Assembly (NCBI GenBank): GCA_027451865.1
Contig: DAIDHW010000001.1
Location: forward strand, 905,530 to 969,529
Length of the DNA stretch: 64,000 bases
Direction of reading: 5' to 3'
From: Leptolyngbyaceae cyanobacterium clean351
Lineage (GTDB): Bacteria > Cyanobacteriota > Cyanobacteriia > DAIDHW01
The position numbers and the translations under genes were made by a program. Position 1 is the first letter of the stretch. Each line of letters begins with the position of its first letter. Of this stretch, positions 1-10,634 are shown piece after piece. A model generated the notes under the pieces. That model did not search any database and was not told the DNA's origin. It saw only the letters and a program-made list of their open reading frames with translations.

Positions 1-83
1 CCTAACTCAAGGGCGGACCTCAGGGCAGCTAAGCTGCGGTAGGAGTTGATAGTATTAAAAAATAGGCTCGGGGAAGGCATGGT

Positions 84-605
84 TTAGGAGACTCCAAAGT
101 GGGATTTAAGGGCTGACCAGCCACTGGGGGTGAGGACAACCCTCACCACTAACTCTTGACTAGGGTCTTGGAAGACCAGAACTGGCGCCTCGGCAGCCGG
201 CAAAACCTGGACCTGGGGTTGGTCTAGGGTGATGGTCTGGAATACTCGCTGCCGCAAAGAAACCTTGATCACCACCTGCTGATTGGGCCCAACCGGGGTG
301 ATATACAATTCCTGGCGGGTGGAAAGTTCCAGCTTACTGGCAGTAATGCTTCGCTCTTGGGGGGTATTGGGATGATGCCAATACAGGGTTAGGCCCCGCA
401 ACTCAGGTTGACCCAAGATAAAGGTTTCATCAAAACGCTGCAGGTCCCAGGAGAGGTCCGCAGCCTCTACCCCCAGGTTACTAAGTCTTTGCTGCCAGAG
501 AATTTCTTTACCTGCCAACTCCTGCCACCACTGTTGGATTTGGCGGAGGTTATAGGTGTTGTCGGGACTACTGCTGCCCTGTTGCCAAATGGTTTTGCCG
601 CCCAT
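84..605 (-). CDS. hypothetical protein
   Basis: 173-aa ORF with diverse, protein-like composition; no recognisable motif. Overlaps a + strand ORF (408-749) that looks less protein-like. Confidence 0.3.
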   Translation of the reverse strand: MGGKTIWQQGSSSPDNTYNLRQIQQWWQELAGKEILWQQRLSNLGVEAADLSWDLQRFDETFILGQPELRGLTLYWHHPNTPQERSITASKLELSTRQELYITPVGPNQQVVIKVSLRQRVFQTITLDQPQVQVLPAAEAPVLVFQDPSQELVVRVVLTPSGWSALKSHFGVS

Positions 606-802
606 GGCCAGATTTTCGCTCCTCAGGTCTACAATCCCATGGTAGCTATCGGGCCCCGGGTAATCAGAAGTATTGAACCAGGGGCAGGACCGGGCTGGTC
701 CATACCAGCAGTCAGAAATTTTGCCACCAGAGTTATGATGGCTGACTGATAGACCCGACCGTCCGGAGCTGCCCGAACTTTTAATACCACAGGAGTAAAC
801 CT

Positions 803-1054
803 ATGCCCATTCTCAAATCCCTACCTGCCAAGACTGTCGCCCTCAGCGCCGCTTCCCTTGTAGTTGGAGCCATGGTGGGGGCTGCTGCCCTGGCCGGCCA
901 GACCCATATGCTCGCCGCCAGGGACGCCCTGCTCACCGCTCGCCAGGAACTTAGCCAAGCAAAGCACAACAAGGGTGGTCACCGGGAAGCCGCCATCAGC
1001 CTGATTAATAAAGCCCTCGACCAGGTCAACGCCGGCATCCGTGCCGGTCATTAA
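803..1054 (+). CDS. small secreted protein (signal peptide), paralog of 1427-1699
   Basis: 83 aa; hydrophobic N-terminal segment ending AALAGQ; C-terminal block AISLINKALDQVNAGIRA aligns with AMKLINQAMQEIDNGMKA of the downstream ORF. Confidence 0.45.
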   Translation: MPILKSLPAKTVALSAASLVVGAMVGAAALAGQTHMLAARDALLTARQELSQAKHNKGGHREAAISLINKALDQVNAGIRAGH

Positions 1055-1426
1055 GCCGGTATTCCCCCTTGTAGACCGGACCCGGGAGCACACCCTGAAA
1101 CCGGCAGTGGCCAGGGCAGTTTTTCCGCGGTGAAGGTGGTACAAAGACAACCTGCTGAATATTGGAGGGACTATCACTGGCCCTCCAGCGGCTAACAGAA
1201 CCTGGATCTGGGGGAGCGCTGGGGCGACGGTCTGGGAAAAACGTTGCTACCGAGAAACCTTGGGGTGAGGGTCTGCCACTACCCCATTACCTGACAGGAC
1301 CAGAGATAGTTTAGCTCTCGTTCCCAGCCCACTTTATGGGGGTCTTCTCGGCTGGGGTTGTCATTGTTGCCAAAAGTCCTCTAGCATCGTGAGGATAAGC
1401 ACGCTTGTCAACAATATCTAAAACCA

Positions 1427-1699
1427 GTGAGACCCATGAAAAACTCTTTCCCAGGCAAGACCATAGCTGTTGGTACCGTCTCCCCCTTAGCTAGTGCCCT
1501 TATGGGGTCTGCGGCTTTGGCCACCCCCCGTCCCCCTTACATGACGCAGGCCAAAACTGACTTGATGTCTGCTATGCAGAACCTCAAGCAATCCGGGTGC
1601 CCCACCAGCGCCCACCTGAATTCAGCCATGAAACTCATCAATCAGGCGATGCAGGAGATTGACAATGGCATGAAGGCTAGTCAAAGCCCTAATCCCTAG
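1427..1699 (+). CDS. small secreted protein (signal peptide), paralog of 803-1054
   Basis: 90 aa; signal-peptide-like N-terminus; shares the LIN-A-(L/M)-(D/Q)-(Q/E)-(V/I)-(N/D)-(A/N)-G-(I/M)-(R/K)-A block with the upstream ORF. Confidence 0.45.
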   Translation: MRPMKNSFPGKTIAVGTVSPLASALMGSAALATPRPPYMTQAKTDLMSAMQNLKQSGCPTSAHLNSAMKLINQAMQEIDNGMKASQSPNP

Positions 1700-1798
1700 T
1701 TAACATGATGTCACTCCCCCTTGCCGCAGCCAAGGGGATGGGGGTGCCCCCCGGGAAACCACATCCGAGGAGACCAAGAGCGACCGGGTTCCGAATAT

Positions 1799-2704
1799 AT
1801 GACCCCTGGCCTTGACGACATGAAGTTCCAACGGTGGCGGCGGTTGGTAAAGTTTTCCATCAACGAGGGCGGTGCAGACGTCCACTGGACAACGCGCTGG
1901 TTTGCCCACTGGCGCGATCCCTACCACTTGTTGCTAATGGTGCCCTGGCCGGGGTTTGCCCTCCTGTTAGCTGTCGCCTATGTAGTCCTCAACTCCCTGT
2001 TTGCCTTAGCCTATCTGGCAGACATGGCCGGAATTGGTAACGCCCGACCCGGGTCTTTTGCCGACGCTTTTTTTTTCAGCGTCCAAACCTTTTCGACCGT
2101 TGGCTACGGCAACCTATATCCCTTGAGTCTTTACGTCAACCTTGTCACCACCCTCGAGTCCTTGGTGGGTCTGGTGTGTGTAGCTCTACTCACTGGTCTT
2201 ACCTTCACCCGCTTTACCCGGCCTAGGGCGCGAATCATCTTCAGTAAATGGGCGGTGGTCACCGCCTACGAGGGTATGCCCACCCTGATGTTTCGGGCGG
2301 CCAACCAACGCTTCAATAAAATTCTGGAAGCTCAGATACGAGTTTACTATACCCGGGAAGAGGTCAGTATTGAAGGGAAGTTGATGCGGCGCTTCTACGA
2401 ACTATCTCTAGTACGCAATTCCCATCCTAACTTCTCCTTGAGTTGGTCGGTAATGCACCCCATTCACCCTACTAGCCCCTTCTATGAGGTCACCCCCGCT
2501 ACCATGGCGCAGGAAAATGGCTTTCTGCATATCTCCCTCAGCGGCCTAGACGAGACGGTTTATCAGAATATTTATACTCGTCACACCTACACCGTAGACC
2601 GCATTCTCTGGAACCATCGCCTTGAGGACATGGTCACCCCCGTGGATGGCAATAGTCTAGTGATTGATACAGCAAAATTCCATGCAGTGGTGCCTGAGGG
2701 ATGA
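1799..2704 (+). CDS. inward-rectifier-type potassium channel (KirBac-like)
   Basis: K+ selectivity filter TVGYG (FSTVGYGNLYP) between two hydrophobic helices, followed by a ~180-aa beta-rich cytoplasmic domain as in Kir/KirBac. Start placed at internal ATG (MTPGLDD); ORF extends to 1721. Confidence 0.75.
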   Translation: MTPGLDDMKFQRWRRLVKFSINEGGADVHWTTRWFAHWRDPYHLLLMVPWPGFALLLAVAYVVLNSLFALAYLADMAGIGNARPGSFADAFFFSVQTFSTVGYGNLYPLSLYVNLVTTLESLVGLVCVALLTGLTFTRFTRPRARIIFSKWAVVTAYEGMPTLMFRAANQRFNKILEAQIRVYYTREEVSIEGKLMRRFYELSLVRNSHPNFSLSWSVMHPIHPTSPFYEVTPATMAQENGFLHISLSGLDETVYQNIYTRHTYTVDRILWNHRLEDMVTPVDGNSLVIDTAKFHAVVPEG

Positions 2705-3459
2705 CTAGTCCAGGTACCACAGCTCCCCTAGTCGAGGTATTCTCAGCCATCCAAGGGGAAGGCTTAATCCTGGGGACCCGCCAGGTCTTCATCCGCTTTG
2801 CTGGCTGTGACCTGCGCTGCCACTTTTGCGACAGCGCCCACACCTGGCAGCCAACCCCTGACTGCCTAGTTGAGTTCCATCCTGGAGCCAGGGACTTTCT
2901 CACCTACCCCAATCCCGTCAGCCAAGCTAACCTGCAGGCATGGGTACGGCGTCTGGATACCCCACAGGGCTTACACGACAGCATTAGTCTGACCGGGGGA
3001 GAACCCCTGCTGCAGCAGGACTTTCTAGAAGACTTTCTGCCCCAGGTACACCAGTTGCCAATCTACCTGGAGACGGGCGGGCACTTACCCACTGCCCTAG
3101 CTAAGGTCCTCCCCCACATCGATCTAGTAGGCATGGACTGGAAATTGCCCAGTGTTAGCGGAGAAACCCTCTGGAGCGCACACCAGGAGTTTCTCGCTAT
3201 CACCTGGTCTTACCCCCGGACAGTGTTTGTGAAAATTATCATCTCAGCCCAGACGGAGCCGGCAGACCTACACCAGGCCATGGGGCTCATTGCCCAAGTT
3301 AGCCCCCAGATCCCAGTGATTCTGCAGCCCGTTACCCCCTGTCGTGGGGTAGAAGCACCTACCCCCGCCCAGGTCCTCGATTGGCAGGCACTGTGCAAGC
3401 AGACCTTAGCCCAGGTGCGGGTAATACCCCAGACTCATAAACTCATCGGTCAACGGTAG
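2701..3459 (+). CDS. queE: 7-carboxy-7-deazaguanine synthase (radical SAM, queuosine biosynthesis)
   Basis: N-terminal FSAIQGEGLILG and Cx3Cx2C cluster motif (CDLRCHFCDS). Start overlaps the preceding stop (ATGA). Confidence 0.8.
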   Translation: MTSPGTTAPLVEVFSAIQGEGLILGTRQVFIRFAGCDLRCHFCDSAHTWQPTPDCLVEFHPGARDFLTYPNPVSQANLQAWVRRLDTPQGLHDSISLTGGEPLLQQDFLEDFLPQVHQLPIYLETGGHLPTALAKVLPHIDLVGMDWKLPSVSGETLWSAHQEFLAITWSYPRTVFVKIIISAQTEPADLHQAMGLIAQVSPQIPVILQPVTPCRGVEAPTPAQVLDWQALCKQTLAQVRVIPQTHKLIGQR

Positions 3460-3475
3460 AACTCAACCCTCAGCC

Positions 3476-4117
3476 ATGACTGGTACATTGCGGATCAAAA
3501 TTTGCGGCATCACTAAACCAGACCAAGGGGCGGCAATCACTAGGTTGGGGGCCACGGCCCTGGGCTTTATCTGTCATCGACCGTCACCTCGGTACGTAGC
3601 CGCAGAACGGATCCGCCAAATTGTGGATGCCCTAGAAATATCAGTAGATCTAATCGGGGTATTCGTTGATGCTCCGACAGCCGACATCTGCCGGACAGTG
3701 CTAGCGGGGGGTCTAACCGGGGTGCAACTCCATGGCCAGGAAACCCCCACCTTCTGCGAACAGCTGCGGCAGGCTCTACCAACCGTAGAACTAATTAAGG
3801 CAGTGCGGGTTAAAAACCCCCAGAGCTTAGACCAACTCAGTCAAGCTTGGCCAGGAGTAGATACCTTTCTTCTAGACGCCTACGTTCCCCAACAGCTAGG
3901 GGGCACCGGCAAAACCTTTAACTGGTCAGATCTGGCAGACTTTAAGTTCTCCCGCCCTTGGTTCTTAGCTGGTGGCCTAGGCCCGGAGAATATCCGCCAA
4001 GCCCTAGAGCAGTTGCAGCCCAAGGGCGTGGATATCTCTAGTGGAGTAGAGTCTGCCCCGGGTGATAAGGATCTAGGGCGAGTGGCACTCCTCTTAGCTC
4101 AGCTCAGGCAACCCTAG
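3476..4117 (+). CDS. trpF: phosphoribosylanthranilate isomerase
   Basis: N-terminal KICGIT motif and TIM-barrel-like length (213 aa) typical of TrpF. Confidence 0.8.
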   Translation: MTGTLRIKICGITKPDQGAAITRLGATALGFICHRPSPRYVAAERIRQIVDALEISVDLIGVFVDAPTADICRTVLAGGLTGVQLHGQETPTFCEQLRQALPTVELIKAVRVKNPQSLDQLSQAWPGVDTFLLDAYVPQQLGGTGKTFNWSDLADFKFSRPWFLAGGLGPENIRQALEQLQPKGVDISSGVESAPGDKDLGRVALLLAQLRQP

Positions 4118-4374
4118 CAGTGCTCCTGTTTTCCTTGCATTCCCCAGGAAATTCGTTATTATGAATGACTAGATATGTCAGGAACGTAACATATCCTGTT
4201 CGCCCCACCCTCAGGAGATTCTCCCCCATGGATTACCTGGACAGAGTGCTCGACACCCTCCAAGATTTACTGCGCCGCCTCATCGATGCTCTCCTGGGGC
4301 CAGAACAACAGCCGGAAGCCGAGCCAATCCCCGTGCCGGTGCACGAGCCTGGGGCTAGAGGGCGATAGGGTGAC

Positions 4375-4833
4375 GTGCACCTGAGCATCCTTGTCCTCCA
4401 CGGACCCAATCTCAATCTGCTAGGTCAGCGTGAACCCGAGGTCTACGGTCGTCTGACCCTCCAGGAGCTTGACCGGCTCCTACTGCAGGCAGCTGGTACT
4501 CTAGGGGTGAATTTAACCATCCATCAGTCTAACCACGAAGGGGTACTTCTAGACTTGATTCATGCCGCGCTAGGGAGCTACCAGGGCATATTAATCAACC
4601 CAGGGGCCTACACCCACACCAGTGTGGCTTTGCGGGATGCTCTGGTGGGTGTGGGTTTGCCCACAGTGGAGGTGCACCTGAGCAATATTTACCGGCGAGA
4701 ACCCTTTCGCCATCACTCCCACATTGCCCCAGTGGCAGTGGGGCAGGTGAGTGGCTTCGGAGCCGACAGCTATTGTCTGGGCCTGCGGGCTTTAGTTAAC
4801 TATTTGCATCCCCCCCAACCTCCTCAGGAGTAG
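4375..4833 (+). CDS. aroQ: 3-dehydroquinate dehydratase, type II
   Basis: [22 protein letters not shown]-terminal signature of type II dehydroquinase; GTG start inferred. Confidence 0.8.
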   Translation: MHLSILVLHGPNLNLLGQREPEVYGRLTLQELDRLLLQAAGTLGVNLTIHQSNHEGVLLDLIHAALGSYQGILINPGAYTHTSVALRDALVGVGLPTVEVHLSNIYRREPFRHHSHIAPVAVGQVSGFGADSYCLGLRALVNYLHPPQPPQE

Positions 4834-4846
4834 GAGGGGCTCGCTC

Positions 4847-5101
4847 CTAAATCCGTCCCGGGCAAGAGACGGACTGGGTGTTGACTAGGCGACCCCTATT
4901 GTAACGGCTGTAGATCTGGTAGTGACGATTGCCATTCTGGGGCCGCGAACCTTTATACTGAATCAAGATACTGCCAGAGCGGTAGTTGTAACGCGGGCAG
5001 CTGTAGATGCTGTAGGCATCGGCGGGCTTTAGGGGTAAAGTGGCTCCCACCAAGGTGGCCAAGGAAACCAATCCGGCAAGGGCAAGCTTTGGGGGTTGCA
5101 T
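4847..5101 (-). CDS. small secreted protein, hypothetical
   Basis: Signal-peptide-like MQPPKLALAGLVSLATLVGA then a Tyr/Arg-rich mature part with two Cys; ORF extends to 5149. Confidence 0.35.
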   Translation of the reverse strand: MQPPKLALAGLVSLATLVGATLPLKPADAYSIYSCPRYNYRSGSILIQYKGSRPQNGNRHYQIYSRYNRGRLVNTQSVSCPGRI

Positions 5102-5194
5102 AGAGCTAAGTACTCCTGAGAGATAGATAAGTTCGCGGTGTCGAGACATTATACCGGTTAGGGTTTGTCATCAGGGTTGCACTGGTCAGACGTC

Positions 5195-5629
5195 TTAACA
5201 ACAACCCCGCACCCATTCGCCCTGCACCCGACCGTCGGCGAGCAGGAAATACTCTCTCTTCCAGATCGGTGCCTCTCGCTTGAGGGCATCAATAACAAAC
5301 TGACAGGCAGCAAAGGCCTCAGCCCGGTGGGCAGACCCAGCCGCTACTAGGACCGCCACCTCTCCCACCTGCAGTTTACCCACTCGATGATGTATCACCA
5401 CCCGGCCTACCTGGGGCCAGTGGGCCTGGGCACGGGCCCCAATAGCCTTGAATACAGCCAAGGCCATGGGTTCGTAGGCTTGGTATTCCAGGTTCACCAC
5501 CGCCCGACCAGCGTTGGCTTGACGCACCATGCCACTCATAACTACCACAGCCCCGTGGGCTGTATCAGCCGCCTGGTCGTGCACTAGCGCCCAAGACAGA
5601 GGGGCGAAACTAATCACCCAGTCTGCCAC
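5195..5629 (-). CDS. moaE: molybdopterin synthase catalytic subunit
   Basis: 144 aa with MoaE-like length and sequence (VVVMSGMVR region); assignment by resemblance only. Confidence 0.6.
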   Translation of the reverse strand: MADWVISFAPLSWALVHDQAADTAHGAVVVMSGMVRQANAGRAVVNLEYQAYEPMALAVFKAIGARAQAHWPQVGRVVIHHRVGKLQVGEVAVLVAAGSAHRAEAFAACQFVIDALKREAPIWKREYFLLADGRVQGEWVRGCC

Positions 5630-5630
5630 C

Positions 5631-6290
5631 CTAAGCTGTCACTCCAGTGGGCAAGGGACAGGACACGGCGGTACCGCCGAGGCCACAATAACCCTGGGGA
5701 TTCTTGGCCAGGTATTGCTGGTGGTAAGCCTCTGCGTAGTAGAAGGGAGTAGCAGACAGAATTTCCGTTGTGATCTGGGGATAACCCGCCGCCTGCAGGG
5801 CTTGTTGGTAAAGCTGGGCGGACGTGGTTGCCAAGGCCTCTTGGGCCGGGGTAAAAAAGTAAATGCCAGAGCGGTACTGGGTGCCTACATCATTACCTTG
5901 GCGCATTCCCTGGGTGGGGTTATGGTTTTCCCAAAAAACCTTTAACAGCTCCCCGTAGGATATCGTCTGGGGATCGTAGACTACTAAGACCAGCTCGTTG
6001 TGACCCGTGAGGCCAGTGCACACCTCTTGGTAGGTGGGGTTAGGGGTAAACCCCGCCCCGTAACCCACCGCCGTAGTGAAGACTCCCGGCAGAGACCAGA
6101 ACTTACGCTCCGCCCCCCAGAAGCACCCCATACCGAAGAGGGCTTTTTCCAGACCTTCGGGGTAGGGGGGCTGGAGGGGGTGCCCAAGGACAAAGTGGGT
6201 ATCGGGCACAGCCATGGGTTGGGACCTCCCCGGCAATGCTTGCTCTGGTTTAGGTAGAGTCGGTTTTTTACCAAAGTTGAACAAAGACAT
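5631..6290 (-). CDS. msrA: peptide methionine sulfoxide reductase A
   Basis: Active-site motif GCFWG ([12 protein letters not shown]) and conserved GYxGG-type downstream region. Confidence 0.85.
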   Translation of the reverse strand: MSLFNFGKKPTLPKPEQALPGRSQPMAVPDTHFVLGHPLQPPYPEGLEKALFGMGCFWGAERKFWSLPGVFTTAVGYGAGFTPNPTYQEVCTGLTGHNELVLVVYDPQTISYGELLKVFWENHNPTQGMRQGNDVGTQYRSGIYFFTPAQEALATTSAQLYQQALQAAGYPQITTEILSATPFYYAEAYHQQYLAKNPQGYCGLGGTAVSCPLPTGVTA

Positions 6291-6491
6291 AGACTATGGA
6301 CCAGGTCAAGATGGTTAACTATTCAGGTGATGGCAGGCCTAAGTCAAACAATTCAGGTCAGACGGATGACCTTTTTATTAATCCTGTTCAGACTCCGCGC
6401 CGGAAAAACCAGTCCTCGCTCTGACTCTGATTTTATCGCAACCCGACCAATCTCTGCTATACCTGAGAGGTGACTACCGAGAGTTACCAGT

Positions 6492-6734
6492 ATGGATACG
6501 TCGCTCATCCATTCATTGTCAGATGCCATCTTCCACCCGTCCCTTGTAGACTGGTTGATGCAAACTACCGCCATCCCTTCTTCCTCCGTCAACTCCTCTG
6601 TGGCCTTTCACCAAAATATTCTGGGGCAGTTTACCTCTGCCTGGAATCACTTCATTGCCAGTGGGCAAGCCTGGTCTTTCTTCATTGGCCTGGCCCTGGG
6701 CTATATTATTCGTTCCCTGACTTCCTTTGGGTAA
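6492..6734 (+). CDS. hypothetical small protein with C-terminal hydrophobic helix
   Basis: 80-aa ORF directly upstream of argH; C-terminal WSFFIGLALGYII segment; no recognisable motif. Confidence 0.3.
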   Translation: MDTSLIHSLSDAIFHPSLVDWLMQTTAIPSSSVNSSVAFHQNILGQFTSAWNHFIASGQAWSFFIGLALGYIIRSLTSFG

Positions 6735-6740
6735 ACCCTA

Positions 6741-8147
6741 ATGGATAATCCCGCCGCTGGTACCTGGAGCCAAAGGTTTACAACCACTCTACATCCGGCT
6801 ATTGTCCAATTTAACGCCAGCATTGGTTTTGACATCCAACTTCTGACCTACGACCTGACAGCTTCCCAAGCCCATGCCCAGATGTTAGGCAAGGTAGGTA
6901 TCATCTCTCCAACAGAAGCCCAACAACTAGTGAGCGGCCTTGAACAAATCCGCCAGGAATTCCTTCAAGGGCAGTTCAGACCCGGCCCAGACCAGGAAGA
7001 TGTGCATCTGGCAGTGGAGCGGCGGCTGACTGAAATCCTCGGGGACCTCGGGAAGAAGTTACACACCGCCCGCTCCCGCAATGACCAGGTGGGGACGGAC
7101 ACACGCCTCTACCTGCGGGACCAGATTCAGCAGTTGCAGCAGCAGTTGCGGCAGTTGCAACTGGCCTTGGTCAGCCTTGCGCGCCAGCACCTAGAGACGA
7201 TCATTCCTGGCTACACCCATCTGCAGCGGGCTCAACCGGTCAGCTTAGCCCATCACCTGTTAGCCTATTTCCATATGGCCCAGCGGGACTGGGAACGCTT
7301 GGGGGATGTGGCTGGCCGGGTGAATATTTCTCCCCTCGGGTGTGGGGCCTTGGCGGGCACCCCCTTCCCTATTGACCGCCAGTACACTGCCCAACTACTG
7401 GGTTTTGACCAAGTCTACGCCAATAGCCTCGACGGCGTCAGTGACCGGGATTTTGCCCTGGAGTTCTTGGGGGCAGCCAGCATTATCATGGTACATTTAT
7501 CCCGCTTGGCCGAAGAAATTATCCTCTGGTCCAGTCAGGAATTCGGCTTTGTTACTTTGACAGACCGCTGTGCCACTGGTTCTAGCATCATGCCCCAGAA
7601 GAAAAACCCAGATGTGCCCGAACTGGTGCGGGGTAAGACTGGCAGAGTATTTGGTCACCTCCAGGGACTGTTGGTGGTGATGAAAGGTCTACCCCTGGCC
7701 TACAACAAAGACCTCCAGGAGGATAAGGAAGCACTGTTCGACACCGTGACTACAGTGAAATCCTGCCTCGAAGCTATGACCGTGGTCCTGCAGGAAGGCA
7801 TTGAATTCCAGCCGGAACGACTAGAGCAGGCGGTAGGGGAGGATTTTGCCAATGCTACGGATGTAGCTGACTACTTGGCTCGCAAGGGAGTGCCCTTCCG
7901 GGATGCCTACAACCTAGTCGGGCAGCTGGTGCGCACTTGTATTGAGCAGGGAAAACTGCTGTCGGACTTGACTTTGCCCCAGTGGCAGGCCCTCCACCCC
8001 CAGTTTGCCGCCGACATCTACCAGGCGATTACCCCTCGGCAAGTAGTGGCAGCCAGAAACAGCTACGGAGGGACTGGATTCGCCCAGGTGCGGCAGGCTC
8101 TAGACCAGGCCGAAGCTCTCCTTGGCCCAGCCCATGGACTGGTTTGA
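6741..8147 (+). CDS. argH: argininosuccinate lyase
   Basis: Fumarate-lyase signature [12 protein letters not shown] and typical ArgH N-terminus (WSQRF). Confidence 0.9.
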   Translation: MDNPAAGTWSQRFTTTLHPAIVQFNASIGFDIQLLTYDLTASQAHAQMLGKVGIISPTEAQQLVSGLEQIRQEFLQGQFRPGPDQEDVHLAVERRLTEILGDLGKKLHTARSRNDQVGTDTRLYLRDQIQQLQQQLRQLQLALVSLARQHLETIIPGYTHLQRAQPVSLAHHLLAYFHMAQRDWERLGDVAGRVNISPLGCGALAGTPFPIDRQYTAQLLGFDQVYANSLDGVSDRDFALEFLGAASIIMVHLSRLAEEIILWSSQEFGFVTLTDRCATGSSIMPQKKNPDVPELVRGKTGRVFGHLQGLLVVMKGLPLAYNKDLQEDKEALFDTVTTVKSCLEAMTVVLQEGIEFQPERLEQAVGEDFANATDVADYLARKGVPFRDAYNLVGQLVRTCIEQGKLLSDLTLPQWQALHPQFAADIYQAITPRQVVAARNSYGGTGFAQVRQALDQAEALLGPAHGLV

Positions 8148-8781
8148 GTGGCATGCCCAGTACCGCCGCAGCCCGGAGCTGCGTGCCCGGCTGGAACTAG
8201 TCCGCCAGAGCATCAGCCAGGTTCTTCTAGCCAGGCCCCCAGGACCGATTCAGGTAGTGAGCATTTGCGCCGGTGATGGTCGCGATCTACTCGGCGCCCT
8301 CCTAGACCACTCCCGGACCGCCGATGTGAAGGCACGGCTAGTAGAGGCAGACCCCCGCCTAGTCAGCAGTGGGCGGCAGGCCGTCCGGGCAGCGGACCTA
8401 GACTCTCAGATCGAGTTTGCCCAAGCAGACGCTACTGACCTAGTTTCCTATGAGGGGGCTATTCCCGCCGCCTTGGTACTGCTGTGTGGAGTGATCGGTA
8501 ATGTTTCCGTTGGCCAGTTGCCCTCTCTTTGTCAGGGGTTAACCAGCCTTTGCCTTCCCGGGGGCAGCCTGATCTGGACTCTCGGCCTAGGGACAGAGGA
8601 GACTGCCCCAGTAGAGCTAGTCACGGAGCACCTGCAAGCTGCCGGGTTCACCATGGCAGCCTACCACACCACCCCTCGGGGGCGCTTTGGGGTCGGGGTA
8701 GCCCAATTCTCTGGCCCAACTACCCCCTCCCGCTCCACCTGGTTTGAGTTTGCAGGCCAGCCCCGGCAGTTTACTTGCTGA
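8122..8781 (+). CDS. putative SAM-dependent methyltransferase
   Basis: Gly-rich [14 protein letters not shown] resembles motif I of class I methyltransferases; weak assignment. Overlaps argH 3' end. Confidence 0.4.
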   Translation: MAQPMDWFEWHAQYRRSPELRARLELVRQSISQVLLARPPGPIQVVSICAGDGRDLLGALLDHSRTADVKARLVEADPRLVSSGRQAVRAADLDSQIEFAQADATDLVSYEGAIPAALVLLCGVIGNVSVGQLPSLCQGLTSLCLPGGSLIWTLGLGTEETAPVELVTEHLQAAGFTMAAYHTTPRGRFGVGVAQFSGPTTPSRSTWFEFAGQPRQFTC

Positions 8782-9301
8782 GGGTTAGGGACTTGACTGC
8801 CGCCTCCATCATCTGGGCAGATTGGTGGTCCCCCTGTTGGGTGAACAGGCGTGCTGCTTCCTCAAAGTCAGCTCGGGCACTACGGCGGTCTCCCATCTGT
8901 AGCCGGATCGTACCGCGGTCCCCGTAGGCAGGAGCAAAACTAGGGTCTAAGTTAATAGCCCGGTCGAAGTCCTGCAGGGCGCGAGTAGTCTGGTCAGTAT
9001 AGTAGTAAGCAACGCCACGATTGTAATAAATATTTACATTGCCCGGCTGCAACAGGAGGGCCTGGTTGTACTCATGAATAGCGCTCCAGTAGTCTCCCTG
9101 GAGGGCTTCCTGGGCGCCGCGGTTGAGATACACCGTCGCCAAGGACTCCTTAGTCTGCGATAAGGGAGGAGTCTGGGTGGCAAGGGCAGGGGCACAATTG
9201 ATCAGTAGTGACATAAGCAGCAAATTGGGAATATAACCTACCCAACACCGGGGTTTCATAGTATAGTTACGGGCTAGCGGGTGTCCCTCAATCTTAGCCA
9301 A
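8771..9301 (-). CDS. TPR-repeat protein, secreted or membrane-anchored
   Basis: N-terminal hydrophobic segment followed by TPR-like helical repeats (YNRGVAYYY, AINLDPSFAPAYGDRG). Confidence 0.6.
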   Translation of the reverse strand: MAKIEGHPLARNYTMKPRCWVGYIPNLLLMSLLINCAPALATQTPPLSQTKESLATVYLNRGAQEALQGDYWSAIHEYNQALLLQPGNVNIYYNRGVAYYYTDQTTRALQDFDRAINLDPSFAPAYGDRGTIRLQMGDRRSARADFEEAARLFTQQGDHQSAQMMEAAVKSLTLSK

Positions 9302-9319
9302 TCTTGGGTTTGGTGTCCC

Positions 9320-10633
9320 CTACCCGGGAATTTGCTGGAGGGCCGGACAAGCTTGGGTGACTAGCTCACGGCGGAGAATCTGTAGTCCCTGGGTATACTG
9401 GGGGTCTGCCCCAGTGCCAATCAGGTTGGGGTGTAGGGCTAGGAGGCGCTGCTGGGGCCAAGATAGGGGGATAACTACCTGAGGAGTGATTCCCTTGCGG
9501 TTGATATCCTGACCATTGGGAGTTAGATAGTGCTCTACGGTTACGGCCATCCCCGACCCATCCCCTAGGGCCAGAACCGACTGGACAAGTCCTTTACCAA
9601 AGGTCTGAGTCCCCACCAGGCAGGCCCGGTGGTCATCTTGCAGCGCCCCGGCAAGTATTTCACTGGAGCTGGCCGATCCGCCATCCACCAAGACTACTAG
9701 GGGCAGGCTAGTCAAGGCAGTACCCTGAGCTAGGACTTGCCGTTCCTGGTGCCAGCGGTTAACGGTGGTGAGGATCACCCCTTGATTAATCCACAGGCGG
9801 GCAATGGCAATGCTGGTAAGTAGTAGACCACCCGGATTAGCCCGCAGGTCGAGGATATAGCCCTTAACCCCCTCTTTTTTGAGGGTACTGATGGCCTGGG
9901 ACATCTCGGGAGTAGCATTGGCACTAAACTCACTCAGACGAATGTAACCGATCGGCCCTGCAGGGGTAGAGCGATAGCTGAACCGGACTGGCTGTAGCCG
10001 AATTTTGCGGCGCTTCAGGGTGAAGGTCAATTGATGCCCCCCCCGCTCCACGGTCAGCACTAACAGACTATTACGGGGGCCACGAATAAGATTAGTCGCT
10101 TCTGCCATGGTCAGGGGGGCAGCAGGCTGGTGGTTGATCTCGGTGATCACATCCTGGGGAAGGATCCCCGCTGCTGCCGCCGGGGAGCCAGGCAAGGGCA
10201 TGACCACCATGAGCTGGTGGGTTTTAAGGTTCTTGACCACCTCGATACCAATGCCGACTAGTTCACCGGAGGTTTCCTGGGTCAAGTCTCGAAACTGGGT
10301 CGGGTCCATGAAGCGAGTATAGGGGTCTCGGAGGGTGGCTAGTAGCGACCGGATTGCTCCGTAGGCCTGGGGCAAATTAGCGTAGGTTCGACTGAGGTAC
10401 TGTTGCCTGACCCTAGGCCAGTTTTGGTGATTGAAAGTGCCATCAACATAGTCTTGGTTAACAATCTGCCAAGCCTCGTCTACCAGCTCCCGGGGATGGC
10501 GTTTGAGGAAGAAGGAGGTCTGACAAATTTGTAACTCCACGCCTACCACACCCACTCCCCCGACCACAATTGCCGTGGAAGCCAACACTAATGCCTTTTG
10601 CCAGATACTCATGATTCCCAATCCCCTCTGCAA
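9320..10633 (-). CDS. ctpA: carboxyl-terminal processing protease (S41 family)
   Basis: PDZ region plus S41 catalytic core LVDGGSASSSEILAGAL...TFGKGLVQS. Confidence 0.85.
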   Translation of the reverse strand: MQRGLGIMSIWQKALVLASTAIVVGGVGVVGVELQICQTSFFLKRHPRELVDEAWQIVNQDYVDGTFNHQNWPRVRQQYLSRTYANLPQAYGAIRSLLATLRDPYTRFMDPTQFRDLTQETSGELVGIGIEVVKNLKTHQLMVVMPLPGSPAAAAGILPQDVITEINHQPAAPLTMAEATNLIRGPRNSLLVLTVERGGHQLTFTLKRRKIRLQPVRFSYRSTPAGPIGYIRLSEFSANATPEMSQAISTLKKEGVKGYILDLRANPGGLLLTSIAIARLWINQGVILTTVNRWHQERQVLAQGTALTSLPLVVLVDGGSASSSEILAGALQDDHRACLVGTQTFGKGLVQSVLALGDGSGMAVTVEHYLTPNGQDINRKGITPQVVIPLSWPQQRLLALHPNLIGTGADPQYTQGLQILRRELVTQACPALQQIPG

Positions 10634-10634
10634 A

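Noticed and set aside
408-749. + strand ORF overlapping the minus-strand ORF 84-605
   Set aside because: Translation is Pro/Gly/Ala-rich and low-complexity, as expected for an antisense frame in GC-rich DNA; the minus-strand ORF looks more protein-like, though neither is confirmed.
4165-4368. 67-aa ORF between trpF and aroQ
   Set aside because: No recognisable motif, Arg/Pro-rich composition, and it fills the short spacer before aroQ; cannot be supported as a gene from sequence alone.
5195-6290. moaE-msrA adjacency as a functional unit
   Set aside because: The 1-bp spacing suggests co-transcription, but there is no known functional link and it is likely incidental.
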